A stretch of 64,000 nt of DNA, from the NCBI GenBank assembly GCA_942491275.1, contig CALNZI010000006.1:73899-137898 (forward strand), in the 5' to 3' direction. The position numbers were made by a program, and so were the translations under genes. Below the pieces are notes generated by a model. That model was not told the origin of the DNA and did not search any database. It saw only the letters and a program-made list of their open reading frames with translations. Below, in pieces: positions 8,395 to 18,322 of the stretch (position 1 is the stretch's first letter; the number at the start of each line of letters is the position of its first letter). This stretch comes from Minisyncoccota bacterium. GTDB taxonomy: Bacteria; Patescibacteriota; Minisyncoccia; Phycocordibacterales; UBA9973.

Positions 8395-10107
8395 TTACCT
8401 ATCTGGCGGGATATTATAATAGTTTAACAAAAATTTAGTTATATTCACAAATGGTGGAATAAGTGTCTGAGAAGCATATTTTACTCCCTTAGGATTTTCA
8501 ATAAACAAGAGAACTAAAAATTTGGGATCATAAGCTGGAAAATAGCCAAAAAATGAATGCATGTGCCTATTTTCATAATAACCACCACCTTCCTTTTTAG
8601 CAACCTGAGCTGTCCCTGTTTTAGTGGCAACACTATAATGTTCTAATCTATGAGCTCCTCCATCATATGCCTCAAAAACATGCACTAACATTCTAGTAAT
8701 CTCTTCTGAGGTTTCTTTCCTTATTACAGGCTTACCTATTATTGGATACTCTATTTTTTTTGTTATTCCATTATCGTATTTAATCTGTTTAACTAAATGA
8801 GGATTAATCAAATTACCTCCATTGGCTAAAGAAGAGAAAGCCCGAGCCGCTCCAATTGGAGTTAAAGCAATTCCCTGACCAAAAGCAGCGTTAGCATATT
8901 CTATATTTCTTGGACTGTCTAAATTTTTAATTAAACCATAAGTTTCATTTGGTAAATCAATATTGGTTTTTTCGCCTATTCCATAGGATTTCATATATGA
9001 ACGAAATTTATCGTGCCCTAATTTATTTTCAACATAAACCATCCCTGTATTAAGAGATTCATCAAGAACTTTTTGAATAGTAACTAAGCCTCTTCCTTTT
9101 TTATCAAAGTTATAAATTTGTTTTTTATCAACAGTAACAACTCCTTCATCTAAATAAGTTGAGTCTGATTTAATAACTCCTGAATCAAGGGCTCCAGCTA
9201 CAACCAGAGGTTTAATAACTGAACCAAATTCAAAAACATTTTCAATAATCGGATTTCTGTAAACACCAGGGTCTGCAACGTTTTCAAAATTATTTAAATC
9301 AAAAGTTGGAGCTCCTGCCATGGCATAGATTTCTCCGTTTTGTGGATTAATAATAATTCCTCCCACTTGATCTCCTTTCCATTTATTTAAAGTTGCCAAA
9401 AGCTCAGACTCAAGAGTCTGTTGAGTAGTCGGCTCTATCGTCGTAATAATACTTCCTTGATTATTTTCGGAAACAGATATTGTATCTCTAATGTTTGAAA
9501 AAACTTCAGCAAAAAAATTAACATAAATTTCACCTTTGGGTTTTGATAAAATTTTTTCATAAAAACGTTCTAAGCCATATTGACCAGCCTTATCGTCACC
9601 TTTAAAAGCAAGGAACCCAAGAGTGTGGGCGGCTAAATCCCCTCCTGGATAAAAGCGCCAATTATCTTTAAATATTGAAACTCCTGGTAATTTTAAATTT
9701 TCAATTTCACTAATTTGTTCTTTATTTAAATGAGTAGCAACCTCTTCGTAAGGATCATTTTTTTTATTGGCACGATACATAAAAGTATCCTTCTCCATTT
9801 TAAGATAAGGTTTTAAAGATTCATATAAATATTCTAAATCTGTAATTTTTGACGTATTTAAAGCAATCTTAAAACCAGAAGAAACGGTAGCTGCTGCTAC
9901 TAAAGACTGATCTTTTTTTGAAAAGAAAATTGAACCACGATTAAAAATATCACTTTGTGGTGTAGCGTATTGTTTGTCAGCTCTTTCTATATATAAATTA
10001 TTATTAACAACCTGAACTAAGAAAAGTTTCGCAATTAATATCCCAGCAAAAAGAAAAATAAGGACAGAAATAATCCTTATTCTTATTTTAAATGAAGATA
10101 AATTCAT
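8395..10107 (-). CDS. ftsI: class B penicillin-binding protein (division transpeptidase, FtsI-type)
   Basis: 570 aa with an N-terminal TM segment. Motifs SVIKP (SxxK) and KTGTA; position after ftsL. Confidence 0.85.
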   Translation of the reverse strand: MNLSSFKIRIRIISVLIFLFAGILIAKLFLVQVVNNNLYIERADKQYATPQSDIFNRGSIFFSKKDQSLVAAATVSSGFKIALNTSKITDLEYLYESLKPYLKMEKDTFMYRANKKNDPYEEVATHLNKEQISEIENLKLPGVSIFKDNWRFYPGGDLAAHTLGFLAFKGDDKAGQYGLERFYEKILSKPKGEIYVNFFAEVFSNIRDTISVSENNQGSIITTIEPTTQQTLESELLATLNKWKGDQVGGIIINPQNGEIYAMAGAPTFDLNNFENVADPGVYRNPIIENVFEFGSVIKPLVVAGALDSGVIKSDSTYLDEGVVTVDKKQIYNFDKKGRGLVTIQKVLDESLNTGMVYVENKLGHDKFRSYMKSYGIGEKTNIDLPNETYGLIKNLDSPRNIEYANAAFGQGIALTPIGAARAFSSLANGGNLINPHLVKQIKYDNGITKKIEYPIIGKPVIRKETSEEITRMLVHVFEAYDGGAHRLEHYSVATKTGTAQVAKKEGGGYYENRHMHSFFGYFPAYDPKFLVLLFIENPKGVKYASQTLIPPFVNITKFLLNYYNIPPDR

Positions 10108-10430
10108 TATCGGATAGCAACATGACTAATAGAGCGAGTAGCAAAAATATTATTTCGAGCATCAACAAATCCCATGGAAAAAGCATAGTCCTTATTAATT
10201 TTATTTAAATTGGAAAGATAGGTTAATTCTAATTCACTGACATTACTACTAGATAATCGAGCGGTATTCTCTAAAGATTTACGAGCTAGAACATTAAAAG
10301 TTATAGATCCGATTAAATAAATATAAGTAATAGCAAGAACAATAAGCCCTCCCATAAGGATTTTAAATAAAGTACGTCTTCTATAATTATTTTCAATCAT
10401 ATCTACAGTTATTGTTTTTACTTTATTCAT
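10107..10430 (-). CDS. FtsL-like single-pass membrane protein (call is positional)
   Basis: 107 aa with one TM helix. Lies between rsmH and ftsI, with overlapping stop/start codons. Confidence 0.55.
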   Translation of the reverse strand: MNKVKTITVDMIENNYRRRTLFKILMGGLIVLAITYIYLIGSITFNVLARKSLENTARLSSSNVSELELTYLSNLNKINKDYAFSMGFVDARNNIFATRSISHVAIR

Positions 10431-11320
10431 ATTTTTTCTATTATTCTTAATTTTGCGCTTCGTGAACGCGGGTTACTAATAATTTCACTGTCATTTGGAA
10501 CAATTAGTCTTTTGGTAATAACATTGGCATATCCTTCTTTTTTTAATCTAATGAATTCATGTTTAACTATTCTGTCTTCTAAAGAATGAAAAGAAATAAT
10601 TGCCATCCTCCCCTTTGGAGCTAAGTGATTAAATCCTTTCTCAATGACTTTCTCTAGATTTTGTAATTCACTATTGGTGGCTATCCTTAATGCTTGGAAA
10701 GTTCTAGTGGCTGGATGAATTCTCATTCTTGCGTATTGTTTTCCAACTGTATCTTCAATTATTTTTACTAAATCAAAAGTTGTTTTAATTTCTTTCTCCT
10801 CACGAGCTTCAACTATTGCTTTAGAAATCTTTCTAGAATACTTTTCTTCTCCAAAACCAGAAATAATACTCTCCAAGCTTTCTTCTTCCCAATTGTTAAC
10901 AATTTGATGAGCAGTTAAATCTTCTTCACCTGGATTTTTTTTCATAGTCATCAGTAATGGTTCATCTTTTTGAAAAGAGAATCCTCTTTGAGCCGTTTCT
11001 AGTTGAAATGAACTCAAGCCAAGATCAAGTAAAATTCTATTAACTTTATCAATCTTCAGCTCTTCAAAAACTTTGTCCATATCTTGAAATCCAATTGTTC
11101 GGAAAACTGTATTGTGGGGAATATCTCCAATTAAAGTTTCAGCACGACTAATGGCTTCTTTATCAAAATCAAGTCCAATAATCTTTACCTTTGGACCAAA
11201 TTGTTTAATGATTTCAAAAGTATGCCCTCCCCCTCCAAGAGTTCCGTCAACAACAATATCTCCCGGCTGGATATTTAATCCATCGATTGACTCATCTTTT
11301 AAAACAGGAATATGCGTCAT
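10427..11320 (-). CDS. rsmH: 16S rRNA (cytosine1402-N4)-methyltransferase
   Basis: 297 aa. HIPVL, DGTLGGGGH and the overall MraW pattern; follows mraZ. Confidence 0.95.
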   Translation of the reverse strand: MTHIPVLKDESIDGLNIQPGDIVVDGTLGGGGHTFEIIKQFGPKVKIIGLDFDKEAISRAETLIGDIPHNTVFRTIGFQDMDKVFEELKIDKVNRILLDLGLSSFQLETAQRGFSFQKDEPLLMTMKKNPGEEDLTAHQIVNNWEEESLESIISGFGEEKYSRKISKAIVEAREEKEIKTTFDLVKIIEDTVGKQYARMRIHPATRTFQALRIATNSELQNLEKVIEKGFNHLAPKGRMAIISFHSLEDRIVKHEFIRLKKEGYANVITKRLIVPNDSEIISNPRSRSAKLRIIEKI

Positions 11321-11324
11321 ATTA

Positions 11325-11759
11325 TTAAAGAACTCCTATCTGCCCTAATTTATCAGCGAGGGCATCAGCCTGTGTTTCAACAACTTTTTTATACTCATTC
11401 CAAGTATTTTCATTCCAGATTTCTACTCTATTCTGAACACCAATAACCACAACCTTAGAAGAAAGCTGCGATCGGTTTTTTAAATTTTCCGGGATTAATA
11501 TTCGGCCTTGACTATCTACTGAAACGTCAACGGCTTGACCAAACATAAATCTCGAGAAACTTCTATTATCACTTGCTAACATGGATGAGTCGGATAATTT
11601 GCTGGAAATTTTCTGCCACTCTTTCGTAGTAAAAAGAGAAAGACAATTATCTAACCCTGGAGCGATGACAACATTGCTTCCTATCTCCTTGCGAAATTTC
11701 ACCGGCAAAGACATTCGGTTTTTTTCATCTAATGTATGTGTGTATTCTCCAATTAACAT
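11325..11759 (-). CDS. mraZ: transcriptional regulator MraZ
   Basis: The canonical N-terminus MLIGEYTHTLDEKNRMSLP starts at the ATG at 11759-11757. The track ORF's extra 33 codons (to 11858) run through the operator/promoter region. Confidence 0.9.
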   Translation of the reverse strand: MLIGEYTHTLDEKNRMSLPVKFRKEIGSNVVIAPGLDNCLSLFTTKEWQKISSKLSDSSMLASDNRSFSRFMFGQAVDVSVDSQGRILIPENLKNRSQLSSKVVVIGVQNRVEIWNENTWNEYKKVVETQADALADKLGQIGVL

Positions 11760-11786
11760 AATATTATTTAGTAAGAAAATTATTAT

Positions 11787-11854
11787 CCCCACCTTTCCCC
11801 ACTTAGTTAATATTATAAACCACTTTGCCCCACAATACAAATACCCTCTCCCAC
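11787..11854 (-). promoter_or_regulatory. phased GTGG(G) box array with overlapping promoter-like TTGTAT-17-TATAAT: candidate MraZ operator
   Basis: Plus-strand CCAC motifs end at 11792, 11802, 11823, 11833 and 11854 (spacing 10, 21, 10, 21 nt). On the minus strand these read GTGGGG, GTGGGG, GTGG, GTGGGG, GTGGGA. TATAAT is at 11817-11812 and TTGTAT at 11840-11835. Confidence 0.55.
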
Positions 11855-11944
11855 CCAAAACTGTGGATAACTTAAAGGTAAATTAATCCTCGACAAAAAG
11901 ACTATTTTGTTATATTATTTGAATAAATCAATTAAGGAGGAACA

Positions 11945-12121
11945 ATGGAAAATTTATTGTATGATTATTGGTGTCATGAAAATTTTTTGGCTCACCAAAG
12001 AAGTAAAATGAAAGAGTGTGAGGATTCCCTCATTACTACAGCAAGAACCATGGTGAGTACCCTAGCAAAGAGGCTAGGTTACAAGAACATCAAAAAACCT
12101 GGCTGGCCAAAACCAATATAA
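11945..12121 (+). CDS. hypothetical small protein (58 aa), divergent from mraZ
   Basis: Strong SD (AAGGAGG) 5 nt before the ATG. Manual translation: MENLLYDYWCHENFLAHQRSKMKECEDSLITTARTMVSTLAKRLGYKNIKKPGWPKPI*. Followed by a terminator. Not listed in the ORF track, probably below its length cutoff. Confidence 0.45.
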   Translation: MENLLYDYWCHENFLAHQRSKMKECEDSLITTARTMVSTLAKRLGYKNIKKPGWPKPI

Positions 12122-12140
12122 AAAAAGAAAAGAAAATTTT

Positions 12141-12178
12141 AAAAAGCCCCCGCAATTTTGGGGCTTTTCTTTTTTTCT
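12141..12178. terminator. bidirectional intrinsic terminator
   Basis: aaagcccc/ggggcttt stem (12143-12167) flanked by an A-run and a T-run. Sits between convergent genes. Confidence 0.7.
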
Positions 12179-12179
12179 T

Positions 12180-13667
12180 TTATTCCCTAGGCTTCATTAT
12201 CGGAAAAAAGATTGTATCTCTTAGATTTTTTTGTTCAGTTAGAATTGCAACAAGACGATCAATCCCCATTCCAAATCCTGTCATTGGTGGCATTCCGTGT
12301 TCCATAGCTTCAATGAATCTTTCATCCAATTGCATGGCTTCTTCATCTCCTTCATCTTTAGCTTTCGATTGAGAGACTAAAAGCTCTCTTTGTCTTATTG
12401 GATCAACAAGCTCAGCATATTGATTTGTAATCTCAGCTCCAGCCATAATAAGTTGAGCAACCTGAGCAGTTCCATCTTCATTCTGTTGAGCTAAAGGTTT
12501 TAAATCTCCAGGAAAATTTGTCACAAAGGTTGGATTAATTATTTTACAACGGGAAGATTTTTTATAAATAAAATCAAGTAAATTACCTCTTCCTGTTTTC
12601 TGAACTTCTTTTTCATCCATTCCCCATTTAAGAGCCTCTTTCCGAGAATCTTCAAGAGAAATCTTTGTAACATCAATACTGGCGTTTTCTTTCAAAAGAG
12701 TTACAAAAGAAACTCGAGGCCATTGGCCATCAAAATCAACGGTGGTTATATTTCCTTCTCGATCAGAAACATTAAAAGTAGTTTTATGAAAAATATCAAC
12801 AGCCATAGCTTTAACCATTTCTTCGGTCCATTCCATATTTGTCTCTAAAGTCTCATGGGCTGCGTACCATTCAATCATCGTAAATTCCTGCATGTGAGTT
12901 GGATCAGACCCTTCATTCCTAAAATTCTTACCAATTTCATAAACTCCTTTATAGCCTCCAGCCATTATCATTTTGTGATCAAGTTCAAGAGCAATGCGTA
13001 AAACCATTGGCATGTCATAATCATTGTGATGAGTTTCAAATGTTCGAGCCATAGCTCCTCCAGCTTGATTTTGTAAAATGGGAGTTTCAACTTCTATAAA
13101 ATTTTTATCATCAAAAAATTTCCTAATAAATTTAGTTATTTCTGAACGTAGAACAAAACGATTATAAACATCCTTATCCATAATCATATCTAAATAGCGA
13201 TGACGATATGTTTCTTCTACATCCTGCAATCCATGCCACTTATCCGGCAGAGGCCGAAGAGCTTTTGTGGCCATCTTCCATTCTTTTATTAAAATACTTT
13301 GCTCTCCTCGAGTCGTAACGAATAACGAACCGGTGACACTAATAAAATCTCCGTTATCGACAGTGTCAGTAAATAAATTAAAAACATCTTCTGAAAGTTC
13401 ATCTTTCTTCAAAACAACCTGAAGTCTTTCTGATTCTTCTTGAAGAACTATAAAGAGAATAGCGCCTTGACCTCGAGTAACCATTACCCTACCAACAACG
13501 GAAATAGGCTCGTCTCCTTTTTCGGAAACAAGTGTATCAAATTTACTTTTAACTTCTTTAATTGAGTAATCACGAGGAACAGAACTTGGATATGGATCCA
13601 TTCCTGATGCCTGTAATATTTTTATTTTTTCTAAACGTACTGTACGTAATTCTTCAAGTGAGGCCAT
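12180..13667 (-). CDS. lysS: lysine--tRNA ligase (class II)
   Basis: 495 aa. Class II LysRS pattern: FIEVETPIL, NFRNEG, GMGIDRL. Confidence 0.95.
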   Translation of the reverse strand: MASLEELRTVRLEKIKILQASGMDPYPSSVPRDYSIKEVKSKFDTLVSEKGDEPISVVGRVMVTRGQGAILFIVLQEESERLQVVLKKDELSEDVFNLFTDTVDNGDFISVTGSLFVTTRGEQSILIKEWKMATKALRPLPDKWHGLQDVEETYRHRYLDMIMDKDVYNRFVLRSEITKFIRKFFDDKNFIEVETPILQNQAGGAMARTFETHHNDYDMPMVLRIALELDHKMIMAGGYKGVYEIGKNFRNEGSDPTHMQEFTMIEWYAAHETLETNMEWTEEMVKAMAVDIFHKTTFNVSDREGNITTVDFDGQWPRVSFVTLLKENASIDVTKISLEDSRKEALKWGMDEKEVQKTGRGNLLDFIYKKSSRCKIINPTFVTNFPGDLKPLAQQNEDGTAQVAQLIMAGAEITNQYAELVDPIRQRELLVSQSKAKDEGDEEAMQLDERFIEAMEHGMPPMTGFGMGIDRLVAILTEQKNLRDTIFFPIMKPRE

Positions 13668-13671
13668 AACT

Positions 13672-14136
13672 CTATTCTATCCCAATTAGGGTGTACTTGA
13701 CCAGCCCCTTGGGTGTTGAAATAGAAATAACGTCGTTTTTTACTTTACCAAAAAGAGCTTCTCCAATTGGTGATTTATGTGAAATTTTATTTTGACTCAT
13801 GTCTGCTTCTTCGGCGCCAACAATATGGTAAATAATAGTACCCTTAGTTCCATCCTTTTTTACCTTAACAGTTGTACCTATTTCAACCCTAGAACTGGAG
13901 TGTTTTTTTACAACAACAGCAGATTGAAGCATATATCCAACTTGATTAATACGATCTTCGTTTTTACCTTGATCTTCACGTGCTTGGTGATATTCAGCAT
14001 TTTCAGAAAGATCCCCAAGAGCCTTAGCAGCCTTCAGTGATTCTTGAATCTCCTTACGTTTTGTTGTTTTTAGATAATCAAGCTCTTCAATTAAAGCTTT
14101 TTTCTTTTCTTCAGTTATATAACTAACTTCCTTCAT
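13672..14136 (-). CDS. greA: transcription elongation factor GreA
   Basis: 154 aa. Contains GDLSENAEY and a Gre-type C-terminal domain. Confidence 0.9.
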   Translation of the reverse strand: MKEVSYITEEKKKALIEELDYLKTTKRKEIQESLKAAKALGDLSENAEYHQAREDQGKNEDRINQVGYMLQSAVVVKKHSSSRVEIGTTVKVKKDGTKGTIIYHIVGAEEADMSQNKISHKSPIGEALFGKVKNDVISISTPKGLVKYTLIGIE

Positions 14137-14201
14137 AGTTGACAGATTCTATCAATTTATTGGAAATATGTCAAAAAAAGATAAGTATATTTTTTAAAAA
14201 A

Positions 14202-15899
14202 TTACTCTAAATAATTTGGAGTATGAAAGCTCATGTAATCTAGGACTTCACTCATCACTCTTGTGGAATTACCAGAAGCTTCTTTGGGTCCACGTTCTAA
14301 CATAACAGTAAAGGAATAGCGAGGATTTTCATATGGAAAAAATCCAACAATCCAAGAGTTAGTATTAGTATTTCCATATCCAACCTGAGCCGTTCCGGAC
14401 TTAGCTGCAACTTTTACACTAGGTAAGAAAAGTGCCGTTGCAGTACCTTCAGTTACGGCCATTCTCATTCCCTCTTGAATTATTTTCATATTTTCATGAT
14501 CGATGGGTAGAGAAATTTTTTGAGAATCAAAAGAAGAATCATCTTTTCTAATATGAGGAACCGGTATCATTCCAAAATTTGCAATTCCCGCCACAGCTCT
14601 AACCATTTGAATAGGAGTAACTTGAAAACCATACTGTCCGATGGCAGAGTTGTAAGTATCTCCCACCCTCCAAATATCTCCTTTAAAAGTTTTAGATTTC
14701 CATTCTGGATTTGGAATCACCCCTTCTTTTTCTCCCCCCAAATCAATCCCTGTTTTTTTAGTAATTTGAAACATACTTATATAATCATCTATTTTTGAAA
14801 TACCTAATCCTTTTTGATCTTGGAATCCTCCTCCAATTTGATAGAAATAAACGTCAGAAGAAACAGCAATAGCTTCTTTCATATCAACATAACCAAAAGA
14901 ACCGTGATCTTTAAAAACAGTTTCTTTTCCAGGTAAATAAGGATTGGGAATCGAAATTGAACCATTGGAAAGAATAACTTTAAATGGAGAAATAACTTCT
15001 TCAACCAAAGCAGCATAACCTATGAAAGGCTTAACAATAGAACCGGGAGCATAGAGTCCAGATAGTGATCTATTTAGAAAAACCTTGCGCTTATCAGAAA
15101 TGTAGCCGCTAATAGTTTGAACATCCTTTCCATCCGAAAGAATATTACTATTATACTCTGGGTAACTAGTTAAAGTAATTAACTCTCCTGTTTTAATATC
15201 CATTATGGCTCCAGCTCCTCCTTGGAACCCTACATTTTTAGCCATATTAGAAATTGATTCATACATTTTTTCTTGAATTCTAGAATCAATGGAAAGTTTC
15301 AAATTTTCTCCTGGAATGGGTTTAGCAAAAATATTTTCCGATTGTATCTCTCCCCTAACATTAGTTTCAGTAATCCGAACACCATTATCTCCAGAAAGTA
15401 AATCATTATAAAATTTCTCAATGCCGTCTTTTCCAATAAAATCAGCTCTCCAATAAAAACCAGAAGAATCCTTTGCTGGAGGATTAGTATAGCCAAGAAG
15501 TAAACCAAACCCTGGAGAATTTAAATATTTCCTTCGTGGAGGAGCTAATTTTTCAATATCTTTGGAATCCCAAGAATTCCAAGATAATAGAACATCATTA
15601 CTATCATAGATTAAACCTCGAGGAGCAATAATTGGCTCCTGCCTAAGAGTGTTATTTTGACTTTTAGTAAAGTAGTATTCTCCTTTTACTATTTGAAGAA
15701 TTGAAAGTTTCCCAATAAAAATTATTGTAATAAAAGTAAAAAATAATCCTAAAATAAAAATAGTTCGCTTTGGAATTGGTTTTTCCAAACGACCCTCAAA
15801 TTGTTGTTCATTAAAATTTGGTAAATTCTGTGAATCTAAAAAGATTTCGTCAGGATCAATGTTTCTTTTTATTCTTTTGTGATTAATACGAAAAGCCAT
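14202..15899 (-). CDS. mrdA: class B penicillin-binding protein (elongation-type, PBP2-like)
   Basis: 565 aa with an N-terminal TM segment. Motifs SIVKP (SxxK) and KSGTA. Confidence 0.8.
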   Translation of the reverse strand: MAFRINHKRIKRNIDPDEIFLDSQNLPNFNEQQFEGRLEKPIPKRTIFILGLFFTFITIIFIGKLSILQIVKGEYYFTKSQNNTLRQEPIIAPRGLIYDSNDVLLSWNSWDSKDIEKLAPPRRKYLNSPGFGLLLGYTNPPAKDSSGFYWRADFIGKDGIEKFYNDLLSGDNGVRITETNVRGEIQSENIFAKPIPGENLKLSIDSRIQEKMYESISNMAKNVGFQGGAGAIMDIKTGELITLTSYPEYNSNILSDGKDVQTISGYISDKRKVFLNRSLSGLYAPGSIVKPFIGYAALVEEVISPFKVILSNGSISIPNPYLPGKETVFKDHGSFGYVDMKEAIAVSSDVYFYQIGGGFQDQKGLGISKIDDYISMFQITKKTGIDLGGEKEGVIPNPEWKSKTFKGDIWRVGDTYNSAIGQYGFQVTPIQMVRAVAGIANFGMIPVPHIRKDDSSFDSQKISLPIDHENMKIIQEGMRMAVTEGTATALFLPSVKVAAKSGTAQVGYGNTNTNSWIVGFFPYENPRYSFTVMLERGPKEASGNSTRVMSEVLDYMSFHTPNYLE

Positions 15900-16169
15900 T
15901 TAAAAAGAAGAATCATACAAAATAATTCTGCGACGAAGAATTTGAATACCCTGATAAAGAATAATTAAAAGAGCAAAAAATGAAATAGAAGAGGTCAATA
16001 ATCCGCTTCCAGGAATAGTAAATATTGAGTAAATAATCATTCCTGAAATAATGAATTCATAGTATTTTTTAAATACAAAAATACCCACCATAGCCAAAAT
16101 AGCACCTACCCACCAAGGCAAGATAAACAAAGATAAAAACAATATAATATCAAAAATCCCTCTTTTCAT
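15900..16169 (-). CDS. small polytopic membrane protein (in the MreD position; identity unverified)
   Basis: 89 aa with about 3 hydrophobic helices. Its stop directly abuts the mrdA start. Confidence 0.4.
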   Translation of the reverse strand: MKRGIFDIILFLSLFILPWWVGAILAMVGIFVFKKYYEFIISGMIIYSIFTIPGSGLLTSSISFFALLIILYQGIQILRRRIILYDSSF

Positions 16170-16236
16170 AAGGTTATTATAGCACCCATCTTAAATCCAA
16201 CCAAAAATCTGCGGAAGGATATTCCTCCCGCAGATT

Positions 16237-17064
16237 TTATCTATTTCTTATTTTTCTATAGACACCACGAAGGAAATAGAAAATAAAGAAAATTATTAAT
16301 CCATAAAAAACAAGTTTGTGGCTAAAAATAAATTCAAGTATTTTCAAAAAGAAAAGTTTAACATTAGTAATGGGCTTCTCCGTCGCCTCTTCTAAAGTTT
16401 TGGCTTTTCGGATTTCTTCTTCATTGTCAGAAAAATCCTCCAAAGTAAGCAACTTTTCTTCTGCTTTTTCTTTACTCTCAGCAATCTTAGATAAAGTTTG
16501 TATTCGAAAGATATCAACTGAAACTAACCCTTCATTTAACGGCACAGCTACAGATTCTGGAATAATATCATTAATTTTTTCTCCAACTTTTATTAATTCA
16601 TCTTTAGCCACATCACTACTTTTTGAAATCTCCCCATCTTCCTTTTTTACAATAACTGGAACAAAAACTTTATTGGAACTAGTTTTATTATTTTCAAGAA
16701 CAACATTTTCTTTTTTACTATTATCTATATTTAAAACAGAAGAAAGAATTTTTGCTGAAAAATAATGATCTCCACTTGTAACTTTCCAAGAAATTGAAAC
16801 ATCCTCAAGAGTTTCCACTGGAACAACAACATCTCTGGTTCCCAATATTACATTTCTATCATAAAATTCAACCTTTACCGACAAAGGCTTATCGTTACCA
16901 TTCCAAACAGCGGTGTATATCTTCACTGTTTCCCCTTCTACCAACTCATTCTTTGAATACCATATTTGACTAGATAAAAATCCTGTTGAATCAGAAACCT
17001 TAGCATAAAGGCTCGGTGCTAAAACAAAAAATGAAATAATTAAAATTAAAAAGTATTTTTTCAT
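16237..17064 (-). CDS. secreted/anchored hypothetical protein
   Basis: 275 aa. N-terminal signal-like segment MKKYFLILIISFFVLAPSLYA and a C-terminal TM helix. Confidence 0.5.
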   Translation of the reverse strand: MKKYFLILIISFFVLAPSLYAKVSDSTGFLSSQIWYSKNELVEGETVKIYTAVWNGNDKPLSVKVEFYDRNVILGTRDVVVPVETLEDVSISWKVTSGDHYFSAKILSSVLNIDNSKKENVVLENNKTSSNKVFVPVIVKKEDGEISKSSDVAKDELIKVGEKINDIIPESVAVPLNEGLVSVDIFRIQTLSKIAESKEKAEEKLLTLEDFSDNEEEIRKAKTLEEATEKPITNVKLFFLKILEFIFSHKLVFYGLIIFFIFYFLRGVYRKIRNR

Positions 17065-17076
17065 ATATATTATATT

Positions 17077-18321
17077 TTACTCTTTTAAGAGAAAATCTCC
17101 TATTTTAAAAGCCTCTCCTGCCCCCATGGTCACGAATACATCATCCTTTCCAAAAGTTAAAGTTTTAATATGGGCTTCAGCTAATTCAAAATCTGGAAAA
17201 GCTACAGCCTTTAAATTATTTTTACATATTTCTTCAGCTAATTTTCCACTTGAAATTGATTCGTCTTTTTCTTCTCTAGCAAAATATATGGGTAAAAGAA
17301 TAACTTTATCTACTCCTGAAAATGATTTAGTAAAACCATCAAAAAGAGCTTTCGTTCTAGAGTATAAATGTGGCTGGAAGACTATTGTTATTTTTTTCTC
17401 TCCCTCTGGATAAAGTTCCCTCAATGCTTCAACACTGGCTTTAATCTCAGTTGGATGGTGGGCATAATCATCATAAACAATTGTCCCCAAAGAAGTTACC
17501 CCTCTTTTTTCCAAACGACGCCATGTTCCTTGAAAATTTTGTAGTGATTCTTTAGCTTTCTCTAAATCGACATTTAGTTTGTCAACTACAGCCAGAGCCA
17601 GCGCCGCATTTTCCCTATTGTGCTCTCCTGGAACCAAAAGTTTTGGAATTGAAGTTAAATAATTTTTATAATCTGAAATTTTTATTTCAGATTGAGAAAG
17701 AAATTTATCAAAAGCCTCTTCAATTTCTCCCAAATTCTTATAGCAATCCAAATGGTCAAGTTCAATATTTGTTATGGCACCAATGAATGGATTTAAATAC
17801 AACATATGTCTCATATATTCATCGGCTTCCACAACTAAATATTCACTTTTTCCAAATCTAAAATTGCTATTAAATTTATTAACAAAAGAACCAACAATAA
17901 CCGTTGGATCAAATCCAGCATCAATTAAAATATCAGCTACCATAGCTGTAGTTGTGGTTTTTCCATGAGTTCCAGAGATAGCAATCACTTTGTAATCCTT
18001 AATAAAGAGACCCAGGGCTTCGGCATAACTAATTATGGGCTTTCCTGTGTCTTTAGCCTTTGAAAGGATCTCCGGCCCTCTATTTGTCCAGGCATCACTA
18101 TAAACATACAAATCTGCCTCCGGTAATGTTTTTAATTTCTCTTTCAAAGACACTTCTATCCCCATCTCCCTTAAAGGCAGCACCGTAAAAAGACTTTCTT
18201 CATCATTAACCCCAGAAACTTCCATCCCTCGCATTTTGGCAAATTTCGCCAAAGCAGAAATACCAATCCCCCCGATTCCTATAAAATAGACACTCTTAAT
18301 TTTTGATAAATCTATATCCAT
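17077..18321 (-). CDS. murC: UDP-N-acetylmuramate--L-alanine ligase
   Basis: 414 aa. GIGGIGISALA and the P-loop ISGTHGKTTTTAM. Confidence 0.9.
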   Translation of the reverse strand: MDIDLSKIKSVYFIGIGGIGISALAKFAKMRGMEVSGVNDEESLFTVLPLREMGIEVSLKEKLKTLPEADLYVYSDAWTNRGPEILSKAKDTGKPIISYAEALGLFIKDYKVIAISGTHGKTTTTAMVADILIDAGFDPTVIVGSFVNKFNSNFRFGKSEYLVVEADEYMRHMLYLNPFIGAITNIELDHLDCYKNLGEIEEAFDKFLSQSEIKISDYKNYLTSIPKLLVPGEHNRENAALALAVVDKLNVDLEKAKESLQNFQGTWRRLEKRGVTSLGTIVYDDYAHHPTEIKASVEALRELYPEGEKKITIVFQPHLYSRTKALFDGFTKSFSGVDKVILLPIYFAREEKDESISSGKLAEEICKNNLKAVAFPDFELAEAHIKTLTFGKDDVFVTMGAGEAFKIGDFLLKE

Positions 18322-18322
18322 A

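Noticed and set aside
11760-11858. N-terminal extensions of track ORFs: mraZ to 11858, the DUF1003-like gene from 43476, the RR to 46309, paralog 2 to 23644, and the minor pilin to 51151.
   Set aside because: The family-typical N-termini begin at internal ATGs. The extensions overlap upstream genes or regulatory DNA and encode implausible hydrophobic or low-complexity leaders.
11862-11870. Perfect DnaA-box consensus TTATCCACA (minus strand) in the mraZ upstream region, raising the question of a replication origin.
   Set aside because: It is a single box. A 9-mer is expected roughly once by chance in 128 kb of two-strand sequence. There is no dnaA or dnaN gene and no AT-rich unwinding-element cluster nearby.
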